A DNA stretch of 64,000 nucleotides from Octopus sinensis. Lineage: Eukaryota. The notes under the pieces are model-generated. The model did no database searches, was not told the DNA's origin, and saw only the letters and a list, made by a program, of their open reading frames with translations. A program made the position numbers and the translations under genes. Numbering within the stretch: position 1 is the first letter of the stretch; each line of letters begins with the position of its first letter. Of the stretch, positions 25,991 through 39,874 are shown piece after piece. The stretch is from assembly GCF_006345805.1 (NCBI RefSeq), contig NC_043009.1:50468001-50532000 (forward strand), given 5' to 3'.

Positions 25991-26276
25991 CCAGGCTGAC
26001 CAAAGCCATATGAGTGGATTTGGTAGATGGAAATTGTAAGAAGCCTGTTGTTATGTGTGTGTGTGTGTGCGTGTTTGTGCTTGTCCCCCCGACATAGCTT
26101 GACAACGATGCTGGTGTGTTTACATTCCCGTAACTTAGCAGTTCGGCAAAAGGGACAATAGAATAAGTACTAGGCTAACAAAGATTAAGTCCTGGGGTTG
26201 ATTTGCTCGACTAAAGGTGGTGCCCCAGCATGGCTGCAGTCAAATGACTGAAACAAGTAAAAGGAAGAATAAAAGA
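25991..26276 (+). mobile_element. 5'-truncated SINE family A
   Basis: Starts at CCAGGCTGACCAAAGCC and ends with the ACTGAAACAAGTAAAAG tail. Confidence 0.85.
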
Positions 26277-27241
26277 AAGAATATATATATATATTGCATC
26301 ATGAACACCCACTGCAGAGGATGCAAATAACCAAAAGTGTGAAATGTCAATAAGGAAAAAATGGTATAAACTGCATCTTGTATTTTCCATACCTTTCACA
26401 AACATATCTATGGTTTTGTTTTGCAATGCAAACTAGTACTAGTACTAAATTACATTGCTTTATGTCAAAAGTTTAAGTTTGTGGTTTGTTAGGATAAGTA
26501 GCAAACAGAAATGAGTACTAAGGTTAATGCCATGCCATAGCTCCTTAACTTATTATGAGTTACAAATATGCTGTTGTGACATTTTTTTATCTTGGGCATT
26601 TTTAGACTCAGCAGACCCATCCCTTTGCAGATGTGACCACAGTCAATTTCTTATAGAAAGAGACATACAGGAACAGTAAGAGAAAAGGAAGAATCAACCC
26701 TAGTACAGTACTGATACTTTATTTATTGACCTCAGAGAACGAAGGACTTAAGTTGACCATGGCAAGATTAGAACCCAGAGCTCAGAGAACCAGAACAATT
26801 ACTGCAAAGCATTCAGATTCTTTAACAATGCTGCATTGCTGAGGTTAATATGATTGATTAAAAGCTCTGAATGTGGTGCTCCAGCATGGTTGCACGTCCA
26901 ATGACTAAAATTCGTAACAAGAAAAAAAGAGCAAAAAAAGTATTGATCAAAGAACATGGAATCATTTTACCACCCTACTTTATAAGGAGAACTGTGGTAT
27001 GACTTGGAACACTTTAGCACTTTACTGAATACTAGAAAATAAAAGGGTAACACACATTTTAATATGTTAACACCACACGTATAGAGATTGACTTTAAAAG
27101 ATATGAATGAAGTTAAATAGAAGCTGATCAAAATCAAAGTCTCACAGTGAAGATTTTGATGACTAACAGTGATTGAAAAAAACTCTTTAATGATTAGATC
27201 TGCCGTTTTGAAGCTATTGTTCTGCTTACACAATTTTTTAC

Positions 27242-27426
27242 CTGATTACTGTTTGTGATTAGCTCATCTTCAAAATTAATTTCTCTTCTTTTATTAACAA
27301 TTTCTTTAGCCCAACAAATCCGAAACAATTTCTTTTCTTGTATAATTGCCCTTAAGCTTTGCAGATCTGGTAAATATACACTAAAGTTGTTTTCTGTATA
27401 GGTAAAATTAATGTCTTGATGCACTT
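27242..27426 (-). CDS. Weak candidate internal exon (185 nt)
   Basis: ccacttag|AA GTG CAT...CAG|gtaaaa. Open frame EVHQDINFTYTENNFSVYLPDLQSLRAIIQEKKLFRICWAKEIVNKRREINFEDELITNSNQ. No homolog recognised and the length is within chance expectation. Confidence 0.2.
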
Positions 27427-28379
27427 CTAAGTGGAGTAAATTTTATTTTGATATTGTTGCTATTGTTATAGTTGCTATTGTATTTGTTGTTCAATTCTTT
27501 GTTTTACTTTTTATTCTGTATATCAGAGCTTTTGTTTTCTTTTGTATTGTTTTGTTTCTTCTTCCCCAGCAAGAGATTCATCAACACAATTGCAACTTCA
27601 ATGAAAGAGATAAATAAATATTTTCTGCATCTGTGACTGGGCTTTCTTTCATACAACACGCTTCAACATGTTTGCATAGACTGGAAATTGCAAGCTTTGT
27701 ATTTTAACATTTTGAACAACATTTGTACTTATCAAAACTCTAAATAACTTCCTTCAGGCCATTTTGGTTTTACTAGCCATTTTCCCAGCCATTATACATG
27801 TCAATCAAAGACATATGTGAACCAGTCGAATGAACAGAGAGGATATTATTGAAGGTCACTAACTGAAAGATTTCTGCCAGATTACACTTTAACAAATGCA
27901 GCCCAAGAGCAGTACTTATCTCTCTCTCTCTCTCCTTCTCTCTCTTTCAAGCACTTCCTTCTTCCTCGTCACCTCCCTCTCCCTCATTTCCATTTCCGTT
28001 TGCTTTCTCCCCCTCTCTCATAAAGATGGTATGTAATAGTCATACACCAGGTAGTACAGCTTGCATACAGGAACAACTTCAAAATTGTTTAATATATAGG
28101 AGAATCTGGAAAGAAAATCTACCTTCATTTCCTAAGCTTATAAAATTACAATATGAGAACAAACTTCAGCACTTCATGCACAAAAAATATTTGTTTTGTG
28201 GGGGGTTTTTTTTTCTTATAAGAAGAAAAATACATTTAAAAAAAAAAATGTAAAAATGAACAAAAAATGTAAAGAAGAGAATATGAGAACCATTCAGTAA
28301 GTAATTAAAATTACTTCCTGACCTTGCAGCACCTTCCAGTCAAACATCTGCACAGTTACATACAAAAATATAGATCTTC

Positions 28380-28637
28380 GTGTATACATATGTGTGTATC
28401 TGTAGATATATACACATATACATACACATATGTATGTATATACATATGTATACTCATGTATATTATATATATATATACGCACACATATATACGTATGCAT
28501 ATATGCACGTACACATGTGTGCGTATACACACACATATATCTTTGTATGTATATATATATATGAATGTATAGATTTATATATATATATATTTATGTGCGT
28601 GTGTGTGTGTATATATATATATATATGTATGTATTTA

Positions 28638-28685
<48 letters not shown>

Positions 28686-28695
28686 GATAGATAGT

Positions 28696-28730
<35 letters not shown>

Positions 28731-28790
28731 TTAGATAGATAGATAGACACATATACATATGATACGCTAGCATGCGTGTGTGCATGTGTC
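28380..28790. repeat. Compound TA/CA/TG/(GATA)n microsatellite block
   Basis: Direct reading. Confidence 0.9.
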
Positions 28791-29284
28791 AATGGAACAA
28801 CTAATGAGCGAGAGGATAATATGCATTATAAAAAAAAAAAAACGCCAAGTGATAAATAAGTAGGATGTAATTATAAGTACAATAAAATTTGTGGTATAGA
28901 CTTTTTATGGTACTGTGCATTGTTATAACTTAACATTGGGCATTTCTACACACCATTGAAATCTATTATATGTAGTAAAGAAAGAAACAGGCTTTTCTTA
29001 TGATTTAACATAAAATAGCAGTAATGTGATGAACATATGGCAGTGGTTGTAATTCTTGCTTAGAGTGCTTTCACTCATTGTGTCTATTCCATTGGGAAAG
29101 CCAATAAAGCCACAATTTCCAATTTCTTCACTATGTATCCATAATTCTAACTCTCTATGCTTACCAAAAGAAGAAAATACAAGAATTCATAGTAAAACAA
29201 TGTTGACAGCCTTTTATATGGGGTAAAAATGTATGCAGAAAAAGGGTCTATTGTGTGCAAACATGTGTATTTGTGTTGTACGCA

Positions 29285-29314
29285 TACATATATATACATA
29301 CATACATACATACA

Positions 29315-29352
<38 letters not shown>

Positions 29353-29366
29353 ATATATATATATGC

Positions 29367-29397
<31 letters not shown>

Positions 29398-29642
29398 GTA
29401 TATATATATATACGTATATGTATATATATATATATAGTATATATATATATTATATATATATATGTATATATATATATATACATATATATATATGTATATA
29501 CATATATATATATATGTATATACATATATATATGTATGTATATACATATATATATATATATGTATGTATGTATATATATATATATATTATATATATATAT
29601 ATATTATATATATATATATATATATATTTCACACACACACAC
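29285..29642. repeat. (TACA)n plus interrupted (TA)n array
   Basis: Direct reading. Confidence 0.95.
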
Positions 29643-29643
29643 A

Positions 29644-30507
29644 TATTGAGCCATCTCATAAATAACGCGTTTTTTTTAATACTTTTATGTTTCAAGATTA
29701 AGATAAACAAAATTCTTTTTTTTAATCTAAAATATACTCTCCTTCATTTTCTACAATGCCCTTCCATCTAATTTGGTAGTCTTGCAAGGCCCCTCTTCCA
29801 AAATTCACTTGTCCCGTGATGAAAAATACTCCTCCAGTACTGCTCTGACCTCATCTACAGAATTCATATTTTTTCCGTCCAAATGGTTTTAAAGACTGCA
29901 GAATAAATGATAATCAGATAGGGCAATGTCTAGCAAATATGGTTGGTGGGGAATTGTTTCCCATTGAAACTGCTCCAGCCTTTTGAATGTCATCTTTACT
30001 GTATGTGGCTGAGCATTATCCTGATGGAAGAAAACCTTTTGTCTTGAGACCAAAGATGGTCGTTTTTCTTCTAGTGCTGACTTCAGCCACTCAAGCTGCC
30101 CACAGTAGATCTCCTTTGTTATCATTTGGTTTGGGTGATTAAACCTCTCATATCCCACCAAACAGATAACAGCACCATATGTGGGTGAAGACCTTCTTTA
30201 GCCTGGGGTACCAGTGTTTCTCCTTTCCCTACCCACTGTCTTGGGCGCTTGACATTTTTATAGAGAACCCATTTCTCATCACCAGTCGCTCATTCAGTTC
30301 AAAAAAAGGTTCATGTGTGCGATGTGACAGCAAAGAAGAGCACACATTCACTTTCTGCACACTATTAGACTCAGAAAGTTTGCGAGGAACCCATTGACCC
30401 AATTTGCTGACTTTTCCGATGGCATGCAGGTGTTGAAGAATGGTAGAATGACCAAATCCAAGCTTCCCAGCTAGTTCCTCAACATCTACGATTTTTTTCC
30501 ACCAGGG
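29644..30507 (-). mobile_element. Decayed mariner DNA transposon, 5'-truncated at a (TA)n tract
   Basis: Transposase remnants plus a TA-flanked putative terminal repeat TATTGAGCCATCTCATAAATAACGCGTTTTT at 29644-29675. The other end is not present. Confidence 0.88.
29722..30492 (-). pseudogene. Mariner DD34D-type transposase pseudogene
   Basis: Across frameshifts and stops: ELAGKLGFGHSTILQHL...GQWVPRKL, TGDEKWVLY, LHPHMVLLSVWWD, HQDNAQPH, YLLDIALSDYHLF, and C-terminal [23 protein letters not shown]. These match the mariner WVPHEL, DEKW, HDNA and YSPDLAPSD motifs. Confidence 0.92.
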
Positions 30508-31774
30508 TTATATATATATATATATATATTATCTTTTATCTCTTTCAGTCACTGGACTGTGGCCATGCTGGGCTTTTGCTAAACAAAGCAACCCCAGTAC
30601 TTTTTTAAAAGCGTGGTACTTATTCTGTCAGTCCCTAATGTCATACTGCTAAGTTGCAGGGTGTAAACAAATTCATACTGGTTCTCAAGCAGTAGTGGTC
30701 AAACTACCACCACTTAAAATACACGCATATGCACACACAAATACACACACATTTATTTTTCCTTTTGCCTGTTGAAATGCTGTTTAATAGGGAAACCAGT
30801 GCAGTGTATGTAATGTTATATGGGGTGCAAAAGATAAAAAAAAATTACACCTGGGACTCAACAAATAGTATGGCTAAAAATAACCTCTTCCATAGCCACA
30901 GATTTGTTTTAGAATAATGTTGCAAAAGCCATCGCTTGATAGAAAATTTTACAACAAAGCAATCAATAATCAATTGACTGATTTATTAGTTAAGAACAAA
31001 ACTGAAGTAAATTACAATCAATGCATGTGTCTATTAGCAATATGACCCTCCCAAAGTATATCAATAAGAACAAGTGTGGCTGTTTATCAAAAATGCAGAA
31101 ATCCAGAACAACATCAAATGATAAAATGCAGCAACTGAAAATCTGAATAGAAAGCGTTTTTAGTGAAGAACTGGATTGAGTTTCTTTAATAAGTATAACT
31201 GTGCAAAAGAAAGCAGAAGAAACTTTATTGCAATGGTTTGAATTCATAACTTCAAAAAAAAAAGAAAAAAAAATTTTTTAAATGAACTGAATGTTTGATT
31301 GTTTAACTTTTCTTTTCATGTTCAACAAAGTAATTTCTTTCTTTCAAGAACTCTTAATATCTTAACAAATATGCATGCTACATCACTGAAATATGTTACA
31401 TTCTCTTGAATCTTTCTCTATCATTGCCAAAATCTCAAGATCAAACCACCATGAAATAATTGCTTACCATTATAGATACCATGCTCCAAAAATAATAATG
31501 GTTGCAATGTATGTCAATTTCCCCCAGGAGAAATTTGTTAGTTAAAAGAACTATTACTTATAGAGGAGTTTCTGTAATTTAACCATAATAGAGAAGTTAG
31601 CAAATTCCCTTTGGTAACATAGTAACAGCAGTCTCACTTGAAGGCGACATGATTCTGAAATTGAAATATATAACACATATGGGGATAGTCAAATTTTGTT
31701 TTTGAGACAGACAAAAAAAATTAAAAGTCTGTTTCGAAAATTTTTATGGATCAGAATGTGTGAGCAGGTGTGTG

Positions 31775-31828
<54 letters not shown>

Positions 31829-32759
31829 TGTGCATGGATGCCTCCACATGAGAATATACACAAATGTCAACATGTTTGATTTTATGCCTGTGTGCAGTGC
31901 ACTACTAGATGTATGTATGCTTATATCTGTGTGCGCGAATCAATTTACTGAACAATTCTACTTGTTGTACACCAATGTCCATGAAATTTGATCAAATCTA
32001 AACTCAACTCTTATCGTGTTAGAAATAACAGCTGAATATCAATCAAATTCCATCCTAATCAATCAAATTCTGTCCTATCATCTTAAAAAAAAAAAAGAAA
32101 GATAAATTGGATTACATTAGTCTTAAATACAATATGACCGAAAATAAAGGTGGAAAATTCAGAACATCTTTGATCTATTCAGAAGAATTGAGCTGAATAG
32201 CAACTTCCAATTATTCTTGTACAAAATTTCTCTTCCTCATTCCTACGAAAGTTCCTCTGTTATTTATAACACACACCAAACTCTCGAACCATTAGCAGAT
32301 GTTATCAACTCAATCATCTCAACCTCTCTTCATGACTGATGTATGCAGACCTTCTTAGCACTGATACACCTGATAGAGAGGGGAAATTATAAGCTTTTCT
32401 GATTTACCTGAACTACTTAGTATCCACATCTCTAACACCTCAGCACCCCAAACATGTTTTCTCATCTCCAAATCCAACTAGTATTCAACCATTAGTGTCA
32501 CTGCCTCACTGAATAATCTCACCTCTAAATAACCAAGGTAAATTACCACAAATTAAAATAAGAGAATCAGCCTTGTAAACCTATGTGAGTGTATGGCAAG
32601 AAACACATCAGGTAAAGAGAGATATCAACAGCAGAGAACTTCGATGATCAATAGGTGGTAACTGTATAAAAAATAATGATTGTGAAAGTGGTCACATCAA
32701 TCACAGATGGTGGTAGTGGTAATGCTTTATCAGCTAAATACTAAGTATTGATTATTAAC

Positions 32760-33075
32760 AGAGGCACAAGTCAAATTTGGGAGAGAATTATATTTGATTA
32801 TATTGATTTCAGTACTTGATTTTATTGACCTAAGAAAGATGGATGGAAAGTAAAATTGGTCTCAGCAGAATTTGAACTCAGAATATATTAATATAACTAA
32901 ATATTGATTTTAAAATTTTTTTTGCATAGACATAAGGCCACAAATTTGAGGGAAGGGAACAGATGATTATATCAGCAGGTAGTTTGTGTCAAACTTGGAA
33001 GCATGAAAAGCTAAACTGGTCATTGTGGGATTTGAACTCAGAATGTAAAGAAATGAAATAAATACTAGCAATTTA
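32760..33075 (-). mobile_element. Two adjacent diverged SINE B variants
   Basis: Repeated GAATTTGAACTCAGAAT and GGCCACAAATTTGAGGG segments. Confidence 0.6.
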
Positions 33076-33801
33076 CTTCCTCAAATAAAAAGTACTGACT
33101 ACCAAATTTGTAGACAAAATACTTGAAAAGAAACAGGTGATAGTGGTGGTAATGTAGAGGGTAGAGTAGAATCTACACTTTGTACTAAGAAAATATATGA
33201 AATAATGACTTTTGAAGAAGTATATGAAAAAGTATATGAAGGTGGTTATGATGATGGCAATGCTGAAAATGATAATGAAGGCAATAATATAAGTGATAAT
33301 ATTGAAGATGATGATGATGTCCATCATTACAATGACTATAAATATTGAGATTAATGTGGATAAAAATAATTGAGTACCATCACCTCCCCACAAATGACCT
33401 AACAACCACACAGTAGTAAATTATAACAACTTCGCATCCATTCACTAATAGTCCTTGGCCTCTTCATTGAAGCATGCATTTGCCACACCATATGGGTCCA
33501 GCTTATAGCAGTTACAAGACATGACATCAACGCACTATATGATCACATTACATTTATAATAAGATACATGAACAAATTAAAAATACAGTTGGTGGCCTTC
33601 TAGGCAGTAGTGAGGGGGTGATGCCATACAGTAGTGACTGGAATCTTTGGAGCAGTTACTGTAGTGAGAATATTGGTATTTTGCAACGAACAAATGAATT
33701 AACTAAAATGCGACATATTTAAATCAGAAACTGTGATGGTGATTGCTTCCACAACAATACATTTAAACTATAAACAAAAAAGAGAAAAAAAAAAACTTTA
33801 A

Positions 33802-34020
33802 CCCTTTGGTATTTAAACCGGCCATATCCGGCCAAAATATTTAATCTGTTTTATGTTCAATCTGACCAGATCCAGGCCCTCACACCTACCCTACAATGTT
33901 ATTATACATTAAGTAATTACACCATCAAGATCTTGAAGATATGAGATAATGCATGATTAATTCAAATCAATGTGAATCAATAAGCATTATGTTTGATAGA
34001 ATAATCAGAACACTAAAGGG
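33802..34020. mobile_element. piggyBac-like MITE (family 2)
   Basis: TTAA (33798-33801) CCCTTTGGT ... ACTAAAGGG TTAA (34021-34024). Interior is unrelated to family 1. Confidence 0.8.
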
Positions 34021-34717
34021 TTAAACAATCCATGCTAGGTAGCCTGCAAGTGGACATGTAGGAGAACAAATAGTCCAAACATGAAATAAGTAATTAAATA
34101 ATCAAGTGAACAAGAGAACAAATAATCTGATAAAAAATTAATGAATAAAATAAAAAATATAATTTAGTATCAGTTCACACTTCCAGTTATCCTATAGATT
34201 TCTCAAACATTTTAAATACTAAATTACTTGAAGGTATATTGTCTTAGGGTTTAAGCAAAATGTCAAATTATTTTTAACGTATACTACAGCTCCTCTTTAT
34301 TATCCAATTTGGATAAAAGAAAGATGAAAATAATGAGCAATATAAAAAAAGGGAAGACTCCTTTTATTCTTTCAACGCCTTTTGAACTGGGCTACAGAAA
34401 TAGGCACATGTGTTCAACAGAAAAGCGCAAATTATTACAATGTTAACCAATTTGCCTCTAGTTGTTCAAATTACTACAAAAGACATTCCACCCACTCACT
34501 GGGAAGGCAGTTGATGAGAAATTGGATCAAAGCAATAAAATGATTTTATCAGCAGCTATTGGGTCAAAATAAATACCACGACCAATTAAACAAGTGCATT
34601 AGTCTATATTATTTTCCTATTACCTAGATAATCTACCAGAAACTCACACACACAACAACAACAACAACAATTGGTATTAAAGAGAATGTAATAAAACTCC
34701 AGCTTCAGTGATACTGA

Positions 34718-35206
34718 CATCATCATTATCATCATTATTATCATGTTAACAATAATTTTTTTTTCCATCCTGACAAGGGTTGGATGAGTCTGCCGTATAG
34801 TCAATATATAGCTAATTATTGTGATTCTTTGTCATGTTGTCTGTGTGATCCAGCATCCTACAAGTCTGGCCTTGCAATCTCTTTTCAAGTATGTCTCAGT
34901 CTTCCTTCCACATACACCATGTGTCATTTATGTCTTTTAAGCCTAGCTTCTCTCCCAGTTCTCTTGTGGTGTGTCTTTCATAAAGTTTATAATGACATAT
35001 CCAATAGATCATATGAGATGTATTTTTTTAACAACCTCTGTAAGTCCCTTACATTCAATACCCATATTTCACTACAATTCAGTAGTGTGCATGTTATATA
35101 TAAATATCATATATTTTACTTTTGTGTAAAGAGAGAAATATTTTGTCGCCAACAATTCCTTAAATCTCTTCCAACCTTTTATTTATCAACAACCTGTTTC
35201 CTTTGC
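34718..35206 (-). mobile_element. Old decayed RTE-type LINE 3' fragment
   Basis: Minus-strand pieces GWKRFKELLATK, LLNCSEIWVLNVRDLQRL and MIYWICH...RHTTRELGEKLGLKDI match the RTE ORF2 post-RT region. They are followed by the family C tail and (GAT)n. Confidence 0.7.
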
Positions 35207-35507
35207 TATAACATGCAAAAACCTACACAAAACAGAGCAAATTGCAGACGTTGTACTAATAGTTTTTATTTATCTAAACAAGATATTTCTGTTACAAAAT
35301 GCTCAAGTCCTTCAATACTTAATTGTACTTTGCTGGGAAAATACTACACAAATATAAACATCAACCTTTGCTGCTTTTCATTTTTGTGCTTAATTAACCA
35401 AATTGAAGCAATTTCCTACTTTGTGCAACTAATGCCCAATTATAAACCCCAAATAGTCAACACTGCCAGGCATCAACAAATCTTAACTTGACTGCTTTTA
35501 TCTCCAG

Positions 35508-35589
35508 CCTCCTCCTAAATGTGCAGCTCATACTAAAACATGTCAGACAGGAAACTGAATGGAATATTTCCAGACTACCACATTTCATG
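35508..35589 (+). CDS. Candidate 82-nt internal exon
   Basis: actgcttttatctccag|CCT...ATG|gtatgt, strong splice signals. One open frame, LLLNVQLILKHVRQETEWNISRLPHFM. No homolog recognised. Confidence 0.3.
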
Positions 35590-35781
35590 GTATGTAACTT
35601 GATTCCAAACCTAACTAAAACATGCCCCATTTGCTTATTACACACAAGAATTTAATCTCTATACTATATATCTGTTACTGAAAAAATAAATGGAACTAAT
35701 TAATAATAATGGCTAAATTTAAAGCAGAAAACATTAGTTGGATAGTTTTGAAAAGTGTGGACTTTACATAAATTTCATTAA

Positions 35782-36242
35782 CCCTTTCGATACCTATTTC
35801 TTTACAACCCACAAGGGGCCAAACACAGAGGGGACAAACAAGGACAGACACACGGATTAAGTCGATTATATCGACCCCAGTGCATAACTGGTACTTATTT
35901 AATCGACCCCGAAAGGATGAAAGGCAAAGTTGACCTCGGCGGTATTTGAACTCAGAACATTAACGGCAGACGAAATACAGCTACGCATTTCGCCTGGCGT
36001 GCTAACATTTCTGCCAGCTCACCGCCTTTGATACGAACCTACCTAACACTGCCTCCATTTCTATGATCAAACTTTCTATATAAAGAGATCCAAATTAAAG
36101 TTCAGCGTTAAAATTACTTGTTAATTTATGTTCCAATTACCAGCTTTGTAACGACTAAGATATTTTACCAAATTCTTTATTAATTTCAAAATTAATTGAA
36201 ACAAAGGCAATGTAGTTCAACAGAAATATAGTAACTAAAGGG
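35782..36242. mobile_element. piggyBac-like MITE (family 1) interrupted by a SINE B
   Basis: TTAA CCCTTTCGATAC ... GTAACTAAAGGG TTAA. SINE inserted just inside the left TIR. Confidence 0.8.
35794..36026 (-). mobile_element. SINE family B, full length
   Basis: Head GGCGGTGAGCTGGCAGAA...GAGTTCAAAT, core GCCTTTCATCCTTTCGGGGTCGATTAAATAAGTACCAG (recalled as resembling the MetaSINE core, unverified). TSD-like CTTT(C)GATAC on both sides. Confidence 0.9.
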
Positions 36243-36470
36243 TTAAACATTTTTTAGCTGTCATTCTTAAAACTAACAATTCAACTGTGAAGCAAAAAAA
36301 AGTTGACATTTTACAGCTAAACTTATAAATGTTTGCTATATTATACTTCATTTAAAGAATATATTTCTAAAACAGTAGTGATGTAAGAACTTACAAAGAC
36401 TGGATTCAGCTTCTTCATTTATAGTTTATTAATAAAATAAAAATTTAGAACAGACTTTATAGTATGCTTA

Positions 36471-36877
36471 CTCTTTTACTCTTTTACGTGTTTCAGTCAT
36501 TTGACTGTGGCCATGCTGGAGCACCGCCTTTAGTCGAGCAACTCGACCCCGGGACTTATTCTTTTGTAAACCCAGTACTTATTCTATCAGTCTCTTTGCC
36601 GAACCGCTAAGTGACGGGGACGTAAACACATCAGCATCGGTTGTCAAGCAATGCTAGGGGGACAAACACAGACACACAAACATACACACACACACATATA
36701 TATATACATATATACGACGGGCTTCTTTCAGTTTCCGTCTACCAAATCCACTCACAAGGCTTTGGTCAGCCCGAGGCTATAGTAGAAGACACTTGCCCAA
36801 GGTGCCACGCAGTGGGACTGAACCCGAAACCATGTGGTTGGTAAGCAAGCTACTTACCACACAGCCACTCCTGTGCC
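36471..36877 (-). mobile_element. SINE family A, full length, young
   Basis: CpGs largely retained. 8-bp TSD TATGCTTA (36463-36470, 36878-36885). Confidence 0.92.
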
Positions 36878-38675
36878 TATGCTTATATAAGTTTTGAAAT
36901 ATAGTTGCATGTTTATATGTATAAATGTGTGTTTGTATGTGCATATATATGTGAGCATGTGTGTGTGTGTGTGCATACATGGATACGTGTGTGTATGTAC
37001 AAGCATCATTTGGTATATGAGCGTACATACCTATTTATGTGAATGTGAATTTTTTTTTAAATAAATTTTACTGATAAACAAATCAGACGCCCACTCTCTC
37101 ATCCGATGGTTCTAGTGGCAGTATAGGGTTAAGATCAAGCAAAATCAAAACTGGACTTGAATCTATATTGAAAAATAAATGAGTAAACAAAATAAAATAT
37201 AACAAAAATAAAATAAAAATAAAATATAATCAATAAATAAATAAATAAAACATAATATGGAGCTAACATTGTTGGCTATGTAATTTCTTTGAGACATTAT
37301 AGTGTAATGGAGCAGCCTTTAAATCCTCACTGATGCCAGGAGATCAGATGGAAAGTGATCATTTATCCAAAACATTAATTATATATTCAAGTCCTTGTTC
37401 AAGTATTAGGCTGTGCTTGCTTTCCTTGTTGCTTGTTTTGCTCATTGATTTTTGTTTTTCTGTAGTAGATATGTTATTGGTATTGCTCTTGTTGTTGTTA
37501 TTGTTGTTGAATAGAAAAATCTAAGAAAAATAATCAAATATAAAATGATTTACTTTAAACAGTCTGAGATCAACAGAAGCTCAATATCGAACAATTTCTT
37601 TCGGCCTTCAAATGAGAGAAAATTCAATTCACGTAGACAAATTGTTTGGCACGAAAACCCAACAACTATTCATAGCAAAACGATATTTTGGATTCCGTTG
37701 AGTGTGAATGAGGAGGGGGGGTGAAGAATGGTGGTGGTAGTGGTGGTTGATGATGAGATGATGGGATGAGTACCTAAATATAATGGATAAAACAGAAGAC
37801 GGACTTCAATCTTATCATCTAATTTGTCGAAAGTAATTTATACAGTGTACAGTGATTGAACTTAAGCTTCGAAATTAAACAATTCTGAATAGCATTAAAA
37901 CCCAATATTTGGAATACAAATATATAATTTGTGTATATCTGCTTACCTCTCTCTTTTTCTTCTCTCTCTCTCTCCCTCCCTCCCTCTCTCTCTCTCTTTC
38001 ACACACACACATACACATTTAAATCCACTTTTCAATGAACACAGCATGGAAGTGAAACCATTCAGTACACCGAAGTATATTTGTATACATCTGCTTTGCC
38101 ATACTGATTCCATTTATTTATCCAATTCATGCTGTGCTCAGTGTAAAGAGACTATTTTGTGACTATTTTAATGGTAGTCAAACTTGCACCAATATGTAAA
38201 TTAGTTTGCATATAACTGAATTAAAAGCACATGGCTGAGTGGCTTGGCTGTTGGAATCTCAATTATTAGGTTGCAGGTTCAATCCTTGGACTAGGAAAAA
38301 CATTGTATCCAAAGCAAGGCGCTTTATTTGATACTGCTCTAGTTTAGTCACCTGGAAATGTGTACCTGCAGTGATCAGGAGTTTAACCCTGTGATGGAAT
38401 CATACTACTTTCAGGTGTCATGTGGAGTTTTGTACTCTTAGTCTCTTAAAAGACTTGAAAATCTGGATAAGTTCTGGCTTCATGAGCCTGTATACCTAAA
38501 GTTGACTTTGCCTGAGAATAAAGTGGAGTTTTCTACATTATTTTAAGCTATTATCTTTTTGGAGAGTGGAAGATAACAAAAACTTTCAATTCTGAAACCA
38601 TTCTTTCCACAACCAAAATTCTTACATAGAGTGTAACCTCATTAAAATTCCTTTAACAAATAAATAGAGTGTAAC

Positions 38676-38989
38676 ATTGATTAGTGGTTAGGGTATTTGG
38701 CTCATGATCATAAGGTTGTGAGTTCAATTCCTGGTGACATTTTGTGTCCTTGAGCAGGACACTTTACTTCACATTGCTCCAGTCCACTCAGCTGGCAAAA
38801 ATGAGTAGCACCTGTATTCTAAAGGGCAAGTCAAATAAACAATCTGTGTCATGCTGAATCTCCCTGAAAACTACATTAAAGGCACATGTATCTTTGGAGT
38901 ACTTTGCCACATGTACGGTAATTTCACAAGCAGGCTGTTCAGCTAATCAGATCAGCTGGAACCTTCGTTGTCATAACCAAAAGAGTGCC
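38676..38989 (+). mobile_element. SINE family E
   Basis: TAGTGGTTAGGG head, GAGTTCAATTCC B-box. TSD AGAGTGTAAC (38666-38675, 38990-38999). Confidence 0.85.
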
Positions 38990-39602
38990 AGAGTGTAACC
39001 TCACCAAAATTTATTCAATAATAATTTCTCCTACATTTGTTCTGTATATCATAACTAGTAATACCACTAAGCATAGTAGTATCCAAACCACTCTACTGGA
39101 AGCAAACTGGATGATGATAATCTAAGTAGAGCTCTAAGCTCAACAGCACCAATCATACATCTAACTGTAGAAACAAGATATATACTGTATTAAAAAATAA
39201 AATCTATATTTCATACAATAGGAAACAGAATTGATTAGCGTGAAAAAAGAAAATTCATTATTTCGCTTTTATCACATAGCTAGGGTGCTAAAAATATTCA
39301 ATCTCAATTACGTTCATTTAAGCTGTGCAACAATTGATATGTAAATAGCTTATTGAAATATTTTATTGAAATATTTTGTATAGAATTAGTTAAATATTGT
39401 TTTCAAAATTAATAAAGATTTTATGAGATAATCAAAAATTATTCAATATTACTGAATTTCCAAGAAAAATCTTAAGTAATCAAATATGTAATTTCTCCTA
39501 CAGTATGTTTAAAATGTATAAGTATACTTCAGCATATTGAATATTTAAATATGGTTTTATTTGTACAAAAGCATGCATGAGTTAACTAATTTGTGTATGT
39601 GT

Positions 39603-39639
<37 letters not shown>

Positions 39640-39778
39640 ATATATTTATTACTTCAGTGCTTATTTTATCAAACTTTAAAGGATAAAAGGCAAAGTCGAC
39701 TTTGGCAGAATTTGAACTTAGAAATACTACTAAGCATTTTATCTGACATACAAACAATTCTGCCAGCTCACCACCTTA
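39640..39778 (-). mobile_element. SINE family B, diverged
   Basis: GGATAAAAGGCAAAGTCGACTTTGGCAGAATTTGAAC...TTCTGCCAGCTCACCACC. Confidence 0.7.
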
Positions 39779-39813
39779 CAACAACATCAACAACAACTAC
39801 TACTACTACTACT

Positions 39814-39834
39814 ACAGAAACTAAAAGAAGCCCG

Positions 39835-39874
<40 letters not shown>

